DNA of 24,000 bases from Anaerolineaceae bacterium (GCA_963556045.3 CAUVYA020000002.1:2608474-2632473); one strand, 5' to 3'. Positions 7,819 to 16,333 are shown, numbered from the stretch's first letter. The notes: generated by a model from the letters alone, not told the origin. Numbers and translations are program-made.

Positions 7819-8513
7819 CTCCCCCTTTCCAGGGGGGAGGTAGGAGGGGGATGTCATTCTGAACGCAGTGAAGAATCTCATACTTGCCTGTTTTACCTAT
7901 TTGCAGGTCGCAAATCCATTTACACCTTAAGTCCCCACTCTGCGACCCACCCATGAAATGACCTTGCTTAGAAGAGATTTTTCGTTCGCTTCGCTCCCTC
8001 AAAATGACAGGTCTACGTTTGCTGGGTGTTAACCAATACTCCCCCTTTCCAGGGGGAAGGTGGGTGGGGGATGTTATTCTGAACGTAGTGAAGAATCTCA
8101 TATTTGCCTGTTTAACCTATTTGCAGGTCGCAAATCCATTTACTCCTTAAGTCCCCACTCTGCGACCCACCCATGAAATGACCTTGCTTGGAAGAGATTT
8201 TTCGGTCGCTTCGCTCCCTCAAAATGACAGGTCTACGTTTGCTAGGTGTTAACCAATCCTCCCCCTTTTCAGGGGGGAGGTGGGTGGGGATGTGTCATTC
8301 TGAGCGCCAGCGAAGAAACTCATACTTGCCTGTTTAACTTATTTGCAGGTCGCAAATCCATTTACTCCTTAAGTCCCCACTCTGCGACCCACCCATGAAA
8401 TGACCTTGCTTAGAAGAGATTTTTCGGTCGCTTCGCTCCCTCAAAAAGACAGGTCTACGTTTGCTGGGTGTTAACCAATACTCCCCCTTTCCAGGGGGGA
8501 GGTGGGAGGGGGG
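7819..8513. repeat. Tandem array: three full copies of a 220-222-bp noncoding unit plus a partial fourth copy
   Basis: Unit starts (ctccccc...) are at 7819, 8039, 8259 and 8481. By eye there are about 10 substitutions per unit between copies. Each unit holds a CTCCCCC-N6/7-GGGGGAG hairpin with a G-rich tail, the motif gtcattctgaacgcagtgaagaatctc (e.g. 7853..7879), a GGTCGCA/TGCGACC stem (7906..7912 / 7941..7947), and a diverged inverted copy of the gtcatt motif (7974..8008). A partial copy of the same modules lies at 7727..7807. Confidence 0.9.
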
Positions 8514-8549
8514 TCTGCCTGTATTACAATACTCGAAAACAAAAGCCGG

Positions 8550-8966
8550 CTATTCAGAAAATGCGATCACATTTGTGATCTTCCATTGCGGGCATGTCTC
8601 ACTGTACGGATCATGGATCTCCGCATCATGCTGAAACTTACAGGTAAAATTGGGAACCCCCGGTAGATTTGTCAAATTGGCGACAAAGCCTTCGCAGAAC
8701 ACGCAGCTCTTGAATTGCACATCCCAATCACTGCGATGGCGCAAACATTTGCTGCAGTGATAATGGGAATCACGGTAATCAAACGCTTCCTGAATGGCTG
8801 TGGGTACACTGGCGGCGTGTGTGCGTTTGTAGAAAAAATCTCTTTTCTTATTGCGCTCATTTACATTGAGACTGACATCCAGACCGCGCAGTGTTTTTCC
8901 GCAAACAGTGCAGGTATAAGTATGAGTTGTATCTTTTCCGTCCTTGTTCTTCTTGAAAATTGCCAT
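8550..8966 (-). CDS. Hypothetical Cys-rich protein (three CxxC pairs; zinc-ribbon-like)
   Basis: 138-aa ORF with SD GGAGG about 6 nt upstream of ATG 8966. CxxC pairs are CTVC, CSKC and CVFC, with two further Cys. I recognise no family. Confidence 0.6.
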   Translation of the reverse strand: MAIFKKNKDGKDTTHTYTCTVCGKTLRGLDVSLNVNERNKKRDFFYKRTHAASVPTAIQEAFDYRDSHYHCSKCLRHRSDWDVQFKSCVFCEGFVANLTNLPGVPNFTCKFQHDAEIHDPYSETCPQWKITNVIAFSE

Positions 8967-9097
8967 GAAAGTCCTCCGAAGTGATGATGTCTGGATTTTA
9001 CCCCTATCATTATAGGCAGGTATCCATAAAAAGCAAATCAGAGGATATCAACTGGCAGTTGATAAAATTCATCCTGTGTTCTGCTCACAAACATGAA

Positions 9098-9125
9098 TTG
9101 ACCATTTTGTTGATAATGCTATAAT
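9098..9125 (+). promoter_or_regulatory. Near-consensus sigma70 promoter with extended -10, upstream of the DeoR regulator gene
   Basis: TTGACC (9098..9103), 16-nt spacer, TGcTATAAT (9117..9125). Confidence 0.55.
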
Positions 9126-9132
9126 TTCTATT

Positions 9133-9147
9133 CAACAATAATTGTTG
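9133..9147. promoter_or_regulatory. Perfect 7-1-7 palindrome, candidate operator at the predicted transcription start
   Basis: CAACAAT-a-ATTGTTG lies immediately downstream of the -10 element. This position fits an autoregulatory operator. Function is inferred only. Confidence 0.35.
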
Positions 9148-9192
9148 CAAATAAAAGTTCAATAATTTTTGAAAACGAAAGGGGACCGTTTA

Positions 9193-9960
9193 ATGATCGC
9201 TGAAGAAAGACGAGCGCTTCTCATTGGAAAACTGCGGGAGGATGGCTACATCCAGGTGACGGAAATCGCCGATGAGTTGAATATCTCTTCTGCCACCATC
9301 CGCAGAGATCTGACCCAGCTTGAAGAAGAGGGTTTCTGTATGCGCACAAGGGGTGGTGCAGTTCGTTCTTCACAGAGCACTACCCTTGAACTCCCATACG
9401 AATTGAAAAAACAGAAAAACGTCAGCGGCAAGAACCAGATCGCACACCGCGCCCTGGAGTTGATCGAAGATGGCGATACGCTCATTCTGGATGCTGGTTC
9501 GACGACCTATGCTCTGGCGCAATTGCTCGCTAATAAACAACGCCTGACAGTCGTTACCAATGATCTGCAAATCGCCATTTCATTGGCTGCCAGTCCTAAC
9601 AATCATTTGATCTGCACCGGTGGCATTGCTCGTCCGCATGTCTTTTCGCTGCAGGGTACTGAAGTGGAAAATTTCATCAAGAACTTGAAAGTGGATAAAA
9701 CATTTCTTGGTGCTGATGCCATTCACGAGGATGGCACGATTGGCAATGTCAATATTGAGGAAGTAGCCATTAAACAGGCTATGGTAAAAGCTGCTTCGTC
9801 TGTCATTCTTCTTGCGGATGCTTCCAAGTTCAATTTGATCGGTTTCGCGAAAGTATGCGATCTCAAAGATGTTGATATTCTCATCACGGATACTGAATGT
9901 CCTGAACATATAAAACGCATCCTGGCTGAATCGGGTACTGAACTGATTGTTGCGAAATAA
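9193..9960 (+). CDS. DeoR/GlpR-family transcriptional regulator (SgcR-like)
   Basis: N-terminal HTH YIQVTEIADELNISSATIRRDLTQLEEEG is classic DeoR, and a C-terminal sugar-phosphate-binding-type domain follows. I prefer ATG 9193 (SD AAGGGGA upstream) over the TTG at 9169 used by the ORF track. Confidence 0.9.
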   Translation: MIAEERRALLIGKLREDGYIQVTEIADELNISSATIRRDLTQLEEEGFCMRTRGGAVRSSQSTTLELPYELKKQKNVSGKNQIAHRALELIEDGDTLILDAGSTTYALAQLLANKQRLTVVTNDLQIAISLAASPNNHLICTGGIARPHVFSLQGTEVENFIKNLKVDKTFLGADAIHEDGTIGNVNIEEVAIKQAMVKAASSVILLADASKFNLIGFAKVCDLKDVDILITDTECPEHIKRILAESGTELIVAK

Positions 9961-9995
9961 AAAAAGATCCCTCAGAATTCTGAGGGATCTTTTTT
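9961..9995. terminator. Bidirectional rho-independent terminator
   Basis: aaaaAGATCCCTCAGAATTCTGAGGGATCTttttt: a 26-nt perfect palindrome flanked by A and T runs, between convergent genes. Confidence 0.85.
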
Positions 9996-10018
9996 AGATA
10001 CAAGGACGAAGTCAATAG

Positions 10019-10507
10019 CTAGTTCAATCCATGGTAAAAAGCTTCCTGAACAGCCTGCGCACTGCAAGCATCCAGTATGGAATTGAGAATGCTTTCTGTG
10101 GTGAAGATTTTCATGATCAGGCGGATCACTTCCATAACTTTTTTAGGATCCTGTATTGCCAGCATCATGACCAGTGTGACATTTTCAATATTTTTTCCGG
10201 GATAACCCATGGCTTCGAAAACGACGGGTTGTTCAAGTGTGGCAATCGCAATGGCTGACCGATTGACATGGATCGAATCTGTATGCGGAATGGCGACTCC
10301 CGTGACACTGGTTGCGATTCCTGTGGGAAAGACTTTCTCTCTTTCCATAACGGCTTTCGTATAACTATCTTTTACGAATTGATGTTCGTACAGCAGTCCT
10401 CCCAGCTTGCGGAGGATCTCCTCTTGATCTTTAACTGTCTGCTTTGCGAGGATCAGGTCTTCGTTTAATATGAAATTGGTTGTGTCGATAACTTTATTTT
10501 CCATCAA
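10019..10507 (-). CDS. PTS EIIA component, type 2 (GatA/SgcA-like)
   Basis: REKVFPTGIATSVTGVAIPHTDSIHVNRSAIAI matches the EIIA-2 phospho-His region (E. coli GatA: REAEFPTGI...AIAIPH). The start is probably ATG 10504. The gene lies 20 nt downstream of the epimerase gene. Confidence 0.85.
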   Translation of the reverse strand: MMENKVIDTTNFILNEDLILAKQTVKDQEEILRKLGGLLYEHQFVKDSYTKAVMEREKVFPTGIATSVTGVAIPHTDSIHVNRSAIAIATLEQPVVFEAMGYPGKNIENVTLVMMLAIQDPKKVMEVIRLIMKIFTTESILNSILDACSAQAVQEAFYHGLN

Positions 10508-10526
10508 TTCTGTCTACTCGATTTCT

Positions 10527-11165
10527 TTAGTGAAATTGTCTGAATTGTTCAATTGTGTCTTCAAAACGATCGTTTGAAAAGATACCGCGTCCTGATACCA
10601 GAATATCAGCACCTGCCTTGATAACCTGTTGATAATTAGCCAGCGTGATCCCGCCATCCACTTCAAAAAGCAGGTCAACGAAATTCTGTTTAATAAAGCT
10701 CACTTTTTGCACCACTTCCGGCAGAAAGACCGCGCCGCCGATTTCCGGTTCGGTCGTCAGGATGTTCACGAAATGCAGGTACGGGTGATATTGGGTGAGG
10801 TCAGGGATGGCGGTCTTGGGATTGAATGCCAGCCCCGCCTGCATGCCCTGTTCTGTGATCATTCTCAGCACCCTGCGCGGGTATTGGGTGGCTTCATAAT
10901 GGAATGACAGCAATTTGACATCCATCTCAGCCATTACCGGGATGATCCACTCTGGCTCGACCATCATCAAATGGACATCTATCGGCAGTGTGGTGAACCC
11001 CTGTACATCTTTGATGATCTTGGTTCCCAGGTTCATCTCGCGTACGAAACTGCCATCTTCAATATCAAAATGCAGATAATCGATCTTAATGGCTTCCAGC
11101 CGCTTGATGATGGTGGGTAGATCAAGCAGTGATGCCGATACCAGAGAAGGTGAAATTTGAACCAT
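10527..11165 (-). CDS. sgcE: Ribulose-phosphate 3-epimerase family protein (SgcE-like)
   Basis: ISPSLVSASLL...LHFDIEDGSFV...VDGGI is the Rpe TIM-barrel family. The DIED variant matches E. coli SgcE (HLDIEDSSF) rather than canonical Rpe (DVMDG). SD GAAGGAAG is present. Confidence 0.8.
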   Translation of the reverse strand: MVQISPSLVSASLLDLPTIIKRLEAIKIDYLHFDIEDGSFVREMNLGTKIIKDVQGFTTLPIDVHLMMVEPEWIIPVMAEMDVKLLSFHYEATQYPRRVLRMITEQGMQAGLAFNPKTAIPDLTQYHPYLHFVNILTTEPEIGGAVFLPEVVQKVSFIKQNFVDLLFEVDGGITLANYQQVIKAGADILVSGRGIFSNDRFEDTIEQFRQFH

Positions 11166-11203
11166 AATACTTCCTTCTTTTATTGAAATCCAATGATAGT
11201 ATT

Positions 11204-12301
11204 TTATCCTCGACTTAAGTCAACTGCGGCGCCAAAATTTTCTACGATCGCATTCATGCCCTTGATCGCCAGTTCAATATCGTGCACGTTGGCGGTCTCA
11301 ACAGGTGAATGTGAATAGCGCATCGGGATGGAAAGATGCGCCATAGCTGTGCCCTGTGTGCCAGCCATCAGCGTGAAGGCGTCATCCGTGATTACTCCCA
11401 GGGCGGTTTCCCGCTGGAAGGGGACTTTCACGTCGGTCAGCGACTTTTCCATATACATGCGCAGTTTGGGGTTGGGGATCAGCCCGCCCAGTGTGCCGCG
11501 CCCGTGGAAGTTCATGTGCATGATGGCAGGACCTTTTCCCAGTGCAGTGGCATATTTATGATTGAGGTCGGGTGGGTCACAGGCGGGTGTGATGTCAATG
11601 CAGATCGAAGCATCTGGTTCCAGCCGTGTAAAGGCGGGCATGACACCGCGAATATTGAATTCTTCCTGTACGGAGGCGACGACGTACACCGTCCCCTGCG
11701 GAGGATTCTTTTGCAGGTGTTCCGCCAGAGCGATCAGTATCAGAACACCAATGCGGTTATCGAGTGCTTTACTGGTGATCTTGCCGTTTCCCAGCTCATG
11801 GAAGTTATGCTGGTAGGTTACTGCGCTGCCGATATCAATACCGTGTGCCAGCACTTCTTCGCTCGAATCAAATCCCAGGTCAATATACATCTTCTCATGA
11901 TCAGGAACGGTGCGCTTCCATTCGGGTGGGGTGAGGTGATGCGCATAGGTACCAATAAAGCCCGTTACATACGAATTGCCGTCTAGTGAATGGACATCCA
12001 TGTACTGCCCCATCAATGTTTTTTCTGGGACGCCGCCGATGCGGTTGAAGCGTAAAAATCCATCTTTTTCCACTTTTGAAACCATCAACCCCAGCTCATC
12101 CACGTGTGCAAAGATCAGCATCGATGGCGATCCCTCTTTTTTACCATAAAACGTAGCTGTGACATTCCCGATCCTGTCTACGTCCACCGCATCTGCCAGG
12201 GGTGTAAAACGCTGCACTATTTCATTGATCATTTTATCTTCCAACCCTGATAGGGCGGGTATGGCGGTGAGATGTCTCAATTCTTCTACAATGCTTTTCA
12301 T
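11204..12301 (-). CDS. M42-family metallopeptidase homologue (SgcX/FrvX-like)
   Basis: 365 aa. FAHVDELGLMV..V..DGFLRF..IGG and the later D/E/H metal-ligand regions are typical of M42 (glutamyl aminopeptidase / 'endoglucanase' family). SD AAGGAG is present. Confidence 0.8.
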   Translation of the reverse strand: MKSIVEELRHLTAIPALSGLEDKMINEIVQRFTPLADAVDVDRIGNVTATFYGKKEGSPSMLIFAHVDELGLMVSKVEKDGFLRFNRIGGVPEKTLMGQYMDVHSLDGNSYVTGFIGTYAHHLTPPEWKRTVPDHEKMYIDLGFDSSEEVLAHGIDIGSAVTYQHNFHELGNGKITSKALDNRIGVLILIALAEHLQKNPPQGTVYVVASVQEEFNIRGVMPAFTRLEPDASICIDITPACDPPDLNHKYATALGKGPAIMHMNFHGRGTLGGLIPNPKLRMYMEKSLTDVKVPFQRETALGVITDDAFTLMAGTQGTAMAHLSIPMRYSHSPVETANVHDIELAIKGMNAIVENFGAAVDLSRG

Positions 12302-12319
12302 TTTATTTCTCCTTCTTTC

Positions 12320-13063
12320 TTAGATACCAACATGCATCCTGCCCCCATCGGCAACGATCACCTCACCGACCAGGAAGCTTGATAATTCACTGCTCAGGAA
12401 TAGAATAATACGCGCAATATCAATGGGATACCCGATCCTTTTGATCGGCATGATGGGAACATAATGCTCCAGCATTTCTTCTTCACTGCTGTAACGTGTC
12501 ATGATCATGTCGCTCATGATGACCGCCGGCATGACCCCGTTTACAAGGATGCCCAGCGGTGCATAAGTGCGAGCCAGGTATCGTGTTAATGAGAACATGC
12601 CGCCCTTGGTAGTGGCGTATTGCGGGATGCCGGTGCCTCCTGAGAAAGCACAGGTTGAGGATATATTGATGATTTTTCCTGCATTCCGCTTTTCCATATC
12701 TGCTCGAACCGCTTCCGCGCAGTAATAAGGTGCCATCACATGCACATCCCAGCTTTTTTGCCAGTTTGCCACTACTCCAGCATTATTCACCAGGATGTCC
12801 ACTTTGCCGAACTCGTTTACAACCGTTTCAACCAGTTGTTCGGCGTTGCCTTCGATCGAAATATCTTTCCTGACGTACAGCGGACGCACCCCCACCTGCG
12901 CGATTTCGTCAAGTACCGGGTTGATGACTGCTTCCTCGACGATGTCATCAATGACCACCTGTGCTCCGGCTTCGGTCAGTAGCTTGGCGGTTTCTTTCCC
13001 GATCCCCTTGGCTGCGCCTGTGATGATTGCTACTTTGTTGTTCAGATCAATTGAATATGCCAT
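12320..13063 (-). CDS. SDR-family oxidoreductase
   Basis: TGAAKGIGKETA (cofactor-binding Gly motif), NNAG, and catalytic YATTK (YxxxK). SD AGGAG is present. 247 aa. Confidence 0.9.
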   Translation of the reverse strand: MAYSIDLNNKVAIITGAAKGIGKETAKLLTEAGAQVVIDDIVEEAVINPVLDEIAQVGVRPLYVRKDISIEGNAEQLVETVVNEFGKVDILVNNAGVVANWQKSWDVHVMAPYYCAEAVRADMEKRNAGKIINISSTCAFSGGTGIPQYATTKGGMFSLTRYLARTYAPLGILVNGVMPAVIMSDMIMTRYSSEEEMLEHYVPIMPIKRIGYPIDIARIILFLSSELSSFLVGEVIVADGGRMHVGI

Positions 13064-13071
13064 TTCTCCTC

Positions 13072-14103
13072 TTATTCGAATACAACGATATTTTTAAGGC
13101 TTTTTCCCCGGCTTGCGGTCTGTGTGATCGCACTCCCCAGCTCTTCCAGGGAATATGTATGTGTGATCAGGCGCTGCGTATCAATATCTCCATTTGAGAT
13201 CATTTCTAATGCATCTCTTGTATCGAGATGATCAGCAGAATAGCTGGAGGTCAGCGTGATCTCGTTGAAAAATAAATGTGAGGGATACAGGTCGATTGCT
13301 TCTGAAGGGTGAGGGGTGGCAAAGAACAATAATGTGCCGCCTTTGTTAACCAGCTGCATTCCCATTTGCATGGCACTGATATCTTTGGCGGCAATGATCA
13401 CCTTATCAGCTCCACTCATCCCGATCGTCTTGTCAAGACGTGCTTTTTCTTCTTCAACATCTTTAGATGGTGAGAAGACGTGCTGTGCGCCGAAACCGGC
13501 TGCCATTTCCTTTCTCCACTCGTCCAGTTCGTATACTACCAGCTTGCGAATTCCCAGGAACAGCAGTGTTTGAATGAACATCAAGCCCATCACGCCGGTG
13601 CCGATCAGGATCACCGAATCCTGGTTGCTGATCTTCGCCTTCTTGATGGCATGGATCACGCACGCCAGCGGTTCCACCAGTGTCCCTGCTGCAAAAGATA
13701 CATGCTCGGGCAGCTGCAGTACATCCCTCTCGATATGCAGAGGAGATACCACAAAATATTCCGAGAATCCTCCCGGGTGAATATTCGTCTTCTTGAAGGT
13801 AGTGCACATTGTGAAATTTCCGCGTCGGCATTCGCGGCAGATCAAACATGGTACGTGGTGATGCACTACAACGCGATCGCCTTCTTTGAGACCCTTGACC
13901 TGTTTTCCGACCCTGGTAACTACCCCCGTCGGTTCATGACCGAGGGTTAGGGGAGCTTTGCTTTTCAGATACCACTCCATGGTATCTGCTACGCATACAC
14001 CACAGGCTTTGGTTTTGATGAGGGCTTCGTATTCGGTGATATCCGGGACAGCTTTTTCCTCTACGCGGATATCCTCTCTGCTGTAATAAACGGATACTTT
14101 CAT
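13072..14103 (-). CDS. Zinc-dependent medium-chain alcohol/polyol(-phosphate) dehydrogenase (GatD/sorbitol-DH-like)
   Basis: Catalytic Zn ligands are CGVC...GHEPTGVV. The structural Zn cluster is CLICRECRRGNFTMC. The Rossmann motif is LIGTGVMG. 343 aa; first gene of the minus-strand operon. Confidence 0.85.
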   Translation of the reverse strand: MKVSVYYSREDIRVEEKAVPDITEYEALIKTKACGVCVADTMEWYLKSKAPLTLGHEPTGVVTRVGKQVKGLKEGDRVVVHHHVPCLICRECRRGNFTMCTTFKKTNIHPGGFSEYFVVSPLHIERDVLQLPEHVSFAAGTLVEPLACVIHAIKKAKISNQDSVILIGTGVMGLMFIQTLLFLGIRKLVVYELDEWRKEMAAGFGAQHVFSPSKDVEEEKARLDKTIGMSGADKVIIAAKDISAMQMGMQLVNKGGTLLFFATPHPSEAIDLYPSHLFFNEITLTSSYSADHLDTRDALEMISNGDIDTQRLITHTYSLEELGSAITQTASRGKSLKNIVVFE

Positions 14104-14277
14104 GCGATCTTCTCTTTTCTTTGTAGGATGATGCCTTCTTGATATTTTTGTGATCTGATGTGTTGGGACAATGCTGAATGGGGATCCATTTTATGATCCT
14201 TCTATCTGTGGATTAGTTTTCTTCAATGTTCATAAATGTTTACTAGCGAAAAAGATTATACACCAAAAAAATTGATA

Positions 14278-14306
14278 TTGACAAATATATAACATATGTG
14301 TAAGAT
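14278..14306 (+). promoter_or_regulatory. Candidate sigma70 promoter for the PTS IIB-IIC genes
   Basis: TTGACA (14278..14283), 17-nt spacer, TAAGAT (14301..14306), within the AT-rich divergent region 14104..14560. It implies a leader of about 250 nt. Confidence 0.45.
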
Positions 14307-14560
14307 TTAATAGTTGTAAAAATCTTCGCACATTAATATTAAAAGATGATCGAAAATGTTATTTACTAATCATAATGGTTTAGCCAGGGCAAAGCATCTA
14401 CAGGATGGTCATAGATTATTGGTATGCCCTGGCAAAGGGTTAAAAAGGATAACATCTCGATTTGCGTGTCGAGATTTCTATGATTGTATGAAAATCAGAA
14501 TCCTGAAGATGAGGAGGTGGTAGACTGAAATTTAGCTAGTCATTCTGTAAGGAGGTTTAT

Positions 14561-14842
14561 GTGAAAAAGATTTTTTTAGTGTGTGCATCAGGAATAGCAA
14601 CATCATCCATGCTGCGGGTAAAAGTACAAGATTACCTGGAGGAGAATGGGATTGATGCTGTAGTTACTCAGTTCCGCATAGCTGAGCTGACTCCTGATCG
14701 AATTGATGCGGATGTTATTGTTGCAACAACCAGTATACCTCCTGAAATTGAGGAAGCTTTTTGCTGCATTAACGGTATACCCTTGCTCACCGGTATCGGT
14801 GAGGAGGAAGTGTTAGAAGAAATAGCAAAAGCGCTTAAATAA
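14561..14842 (+). CDS. PTS EIIB component (GatB/SgcB-like)
   Basis: KIFLVCASGIATSSML carries the active-site Cys in the GatB-type context. SD AAGGAGG precedes GTG 14561. 93 aa. Confidence 0.85.
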   Translation: MKKIFLVCASGIATSSMLRVKVQDYLEENGIDAVVTQFRIAELTPDRIDADVIVATTSIPPEIEEAFCCINGIPLLTGIGEEEVLEEIAKALK

Positions 14843-14860
14843 AAAGTTAAAAGGAAGGAA

Positions 14861-16243
14861 ATGATGGAATCAATATTAAGTGTAATCGGTGGATTTATCA
14901 ATAATCTGGGATCCACAATCGTATTACCGGTAGTCCTCACTGTCCTCGGTTTGATCCTTGGTATGAAATTCACAAAAGCCATTCGTAGCGGTTTGACCAT
15001 CGCAGTTGCCTTTGTGGGTATCTTCCTGACAGTTGGATTGCTTGGAGAGAACATGGGTGTGCTCGGTAACGCTTTCGCCGAAAAAACCGGCACTGGTCTG
15101 GATGTCATAGACATCGGTTGGCCCGCCGCGGCGGCGATCGCCTTCGGTACTCCTGTTGGCAATTTGATTATTCCGATCGGTATCATCATCAACGTTTTAC
15201 TCCTGGTACTTGGTTTGACTAAAACTCTTGATATCGATGTTTGGAATTTCTGGCATCAGGCATTCATCGGGTCGGTCGTTGCCTTTATTACCGGTAGCGT
15301 TGCTCTGGGCTTGGTCGCTGCAGCAGTGAACGTGGTTATGGCATTATTCCTGGCTGATTGGTCGCAACCCCTTATCGAAAAATACTTCAAACTGCCCGGA
15401 ATTTCATTCCCGCACCTGCAGTCTGCAGGTTATATGCTGTTAGCAGCTCCCTTCGCAGCTTTGCTCAAGAAGATTCCTTTCCTGGCAAAAATGCGCCTTG
15501 ATCCAGATACCATTCGCAAGCGCCTTGGTATTCTGGGTGAACCCATTTTCCTGGGTCTCATCATCGGTGTTCTGCTGGCTGCATTCGCGGGTCAGAGCCC
15601 CCAAGATGTCTTCACAACTGGCATCAACATCGCCGCAGTCATGGTCCTCATCCCTCGTATGGTGAGCTTGCTGGTCGAAGGTTTGACCCCTGTCGCTGAT
15701 GCTGCCCGCAAATTCATGACCAAGAAATTCCCCGGTCGCGAATTTTTCATCGGTTTGGATTCGGCAGTATTGATCGGTTCCCCGGCAGTTATTGCCTCTG
15801 GTCTCTTGATGATTCCCGTCGAGATCGGACTTGCCCTCCTGTTAGCCCCTCTGGGCAACAGAACTCTGCCTTTCATTGACCTCGCTGATGGCGTCTTCGT
15901 GACCGCCATGATCGCCCCGCTGGTCGCAGGCGATGTACTGCTTACCGTTATTTTAGGTGGTATTGTGATGGGTGTTGGTATGATCTTCACCACACTTTTA
16001 TCCCCAGCAGTGACCGATATGGTCGCCGCAGCTGGCTCCATCGATATCCCCGCCGGGTATTCCAATTTCACTGTGCTCAGTGATGCGGCTATCCCGCACG
16101 CCTACGCCTTCTATTACATCTTCCAGAATCCCGTTGTAATTGCATTGGTCATCAGTGCCGTGCTTCTGGTTGGTCAGTACATTTTGACCAAGAAGTTCCC
16201 CATGGGTGAAAAGATCTTCAAGATCGAAGAAAAAGCCGAATAG
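14861..16243 (+). CDS. PTS EIIC permease, galactitol (Gat) family (GatC/SgcC-like)
   Basis: 460-aa polytopic protein. DIGWP, DVWNFWH, LIPRMVSLLVEGLTPVADAARKF and GREFFIGLD align by eye with E. coli GatC. Confidence 0.9.
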   Translation: MMESILSVIGGFINNLGSTIVLPVVLTVLGLILGMKFTKAIRSGLTIAVAFVGIFLTVGLLGENMGVLGNAFAEKTGTGLDVIDIGWPAAAAIAFGTPVGNLIIPIGIIINVLLLVLGLTKTLDIDVWNFWHQAFIGSVVAFITGSVALGLVAAAVNVVMALFLADWSQPLIEKYFKLPGISFPHLQSAGYMLLAAPFAALLKKIPFLAKMRLDPDTIRKRLGILGEPIFLGLIIGVLLAAFAGQSPQDVFTTGINIAAVMVLIPRMVSLLVEGLTPVADAARKFMTKKFPGREFFIGLDSAVLIGSPAVIASGLLMIPVEIGLALLLAPLGNRTLPFIDLADGVFVTAMIAPLVAGDVLLTVILGGIVMGVGMIFTTLLSPAVTDMVAAAGSIDIPAGYSNFTVLSDAAIPHAYAFYYIFQNPVVIALVISAVLLVGQYILTKKFPMGEKIFKIEEKAE

Positions 16244-16278
16244 ACTCCGTAGAAAAAGATTTACTCTGTACTACAATT

Positions 16279-16313
16279 AGAGTTGTGGCGGGAAACCACC
16301 ACAACTCTTTTTC
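16279..16313 (+). terminator. Rho-independent terminator after the IIC gene
   Basis: AGAGTTGTGG-(10-nt loop cgggaaacca)-CCACAACTCT, with T5 spanning the last stem base and the following four nt (16279..16288 / 16299..16308). Confidence 0.8.
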
Positions 16314-16333
16314 AATCAACAGAAAGAAAACAT

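Noticed and set aside
7668-8101. ORFs 7668..7862 (+) and 7802..8101 (-), plus 23338..23556 (-), crossing the repeat fields
   Set aside because: Their peptide sequences (PPFQGGGRRG, EILHCVQNDI, FAALRMT) are direct translations of the repeated DNA modules. They have no RBS and no coding periodicity independent of the repeat.
7819-8513. Possible CRISPR array
   Set aside because: The whole 220-bp unit repeats with no unique spacers between short repeats. The period is far longer than CRISPR repeat-spacer units, and there are no cas genes in the window.
11336-11986. 216-aa plus-strand ORF antisense to the M42 peptidase gene; also 13480..13950 (+), 13463..13849 (-), 12795..13097 (+), 14668..15192 (-), 15592..16071 (-), 17371..17790 (+) and 18527..19060 (+)
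   Set aside because: Each lies entirely within a well-supported gene that has clear family motifs. Their translations lack recognisable motifs and have odd composition.
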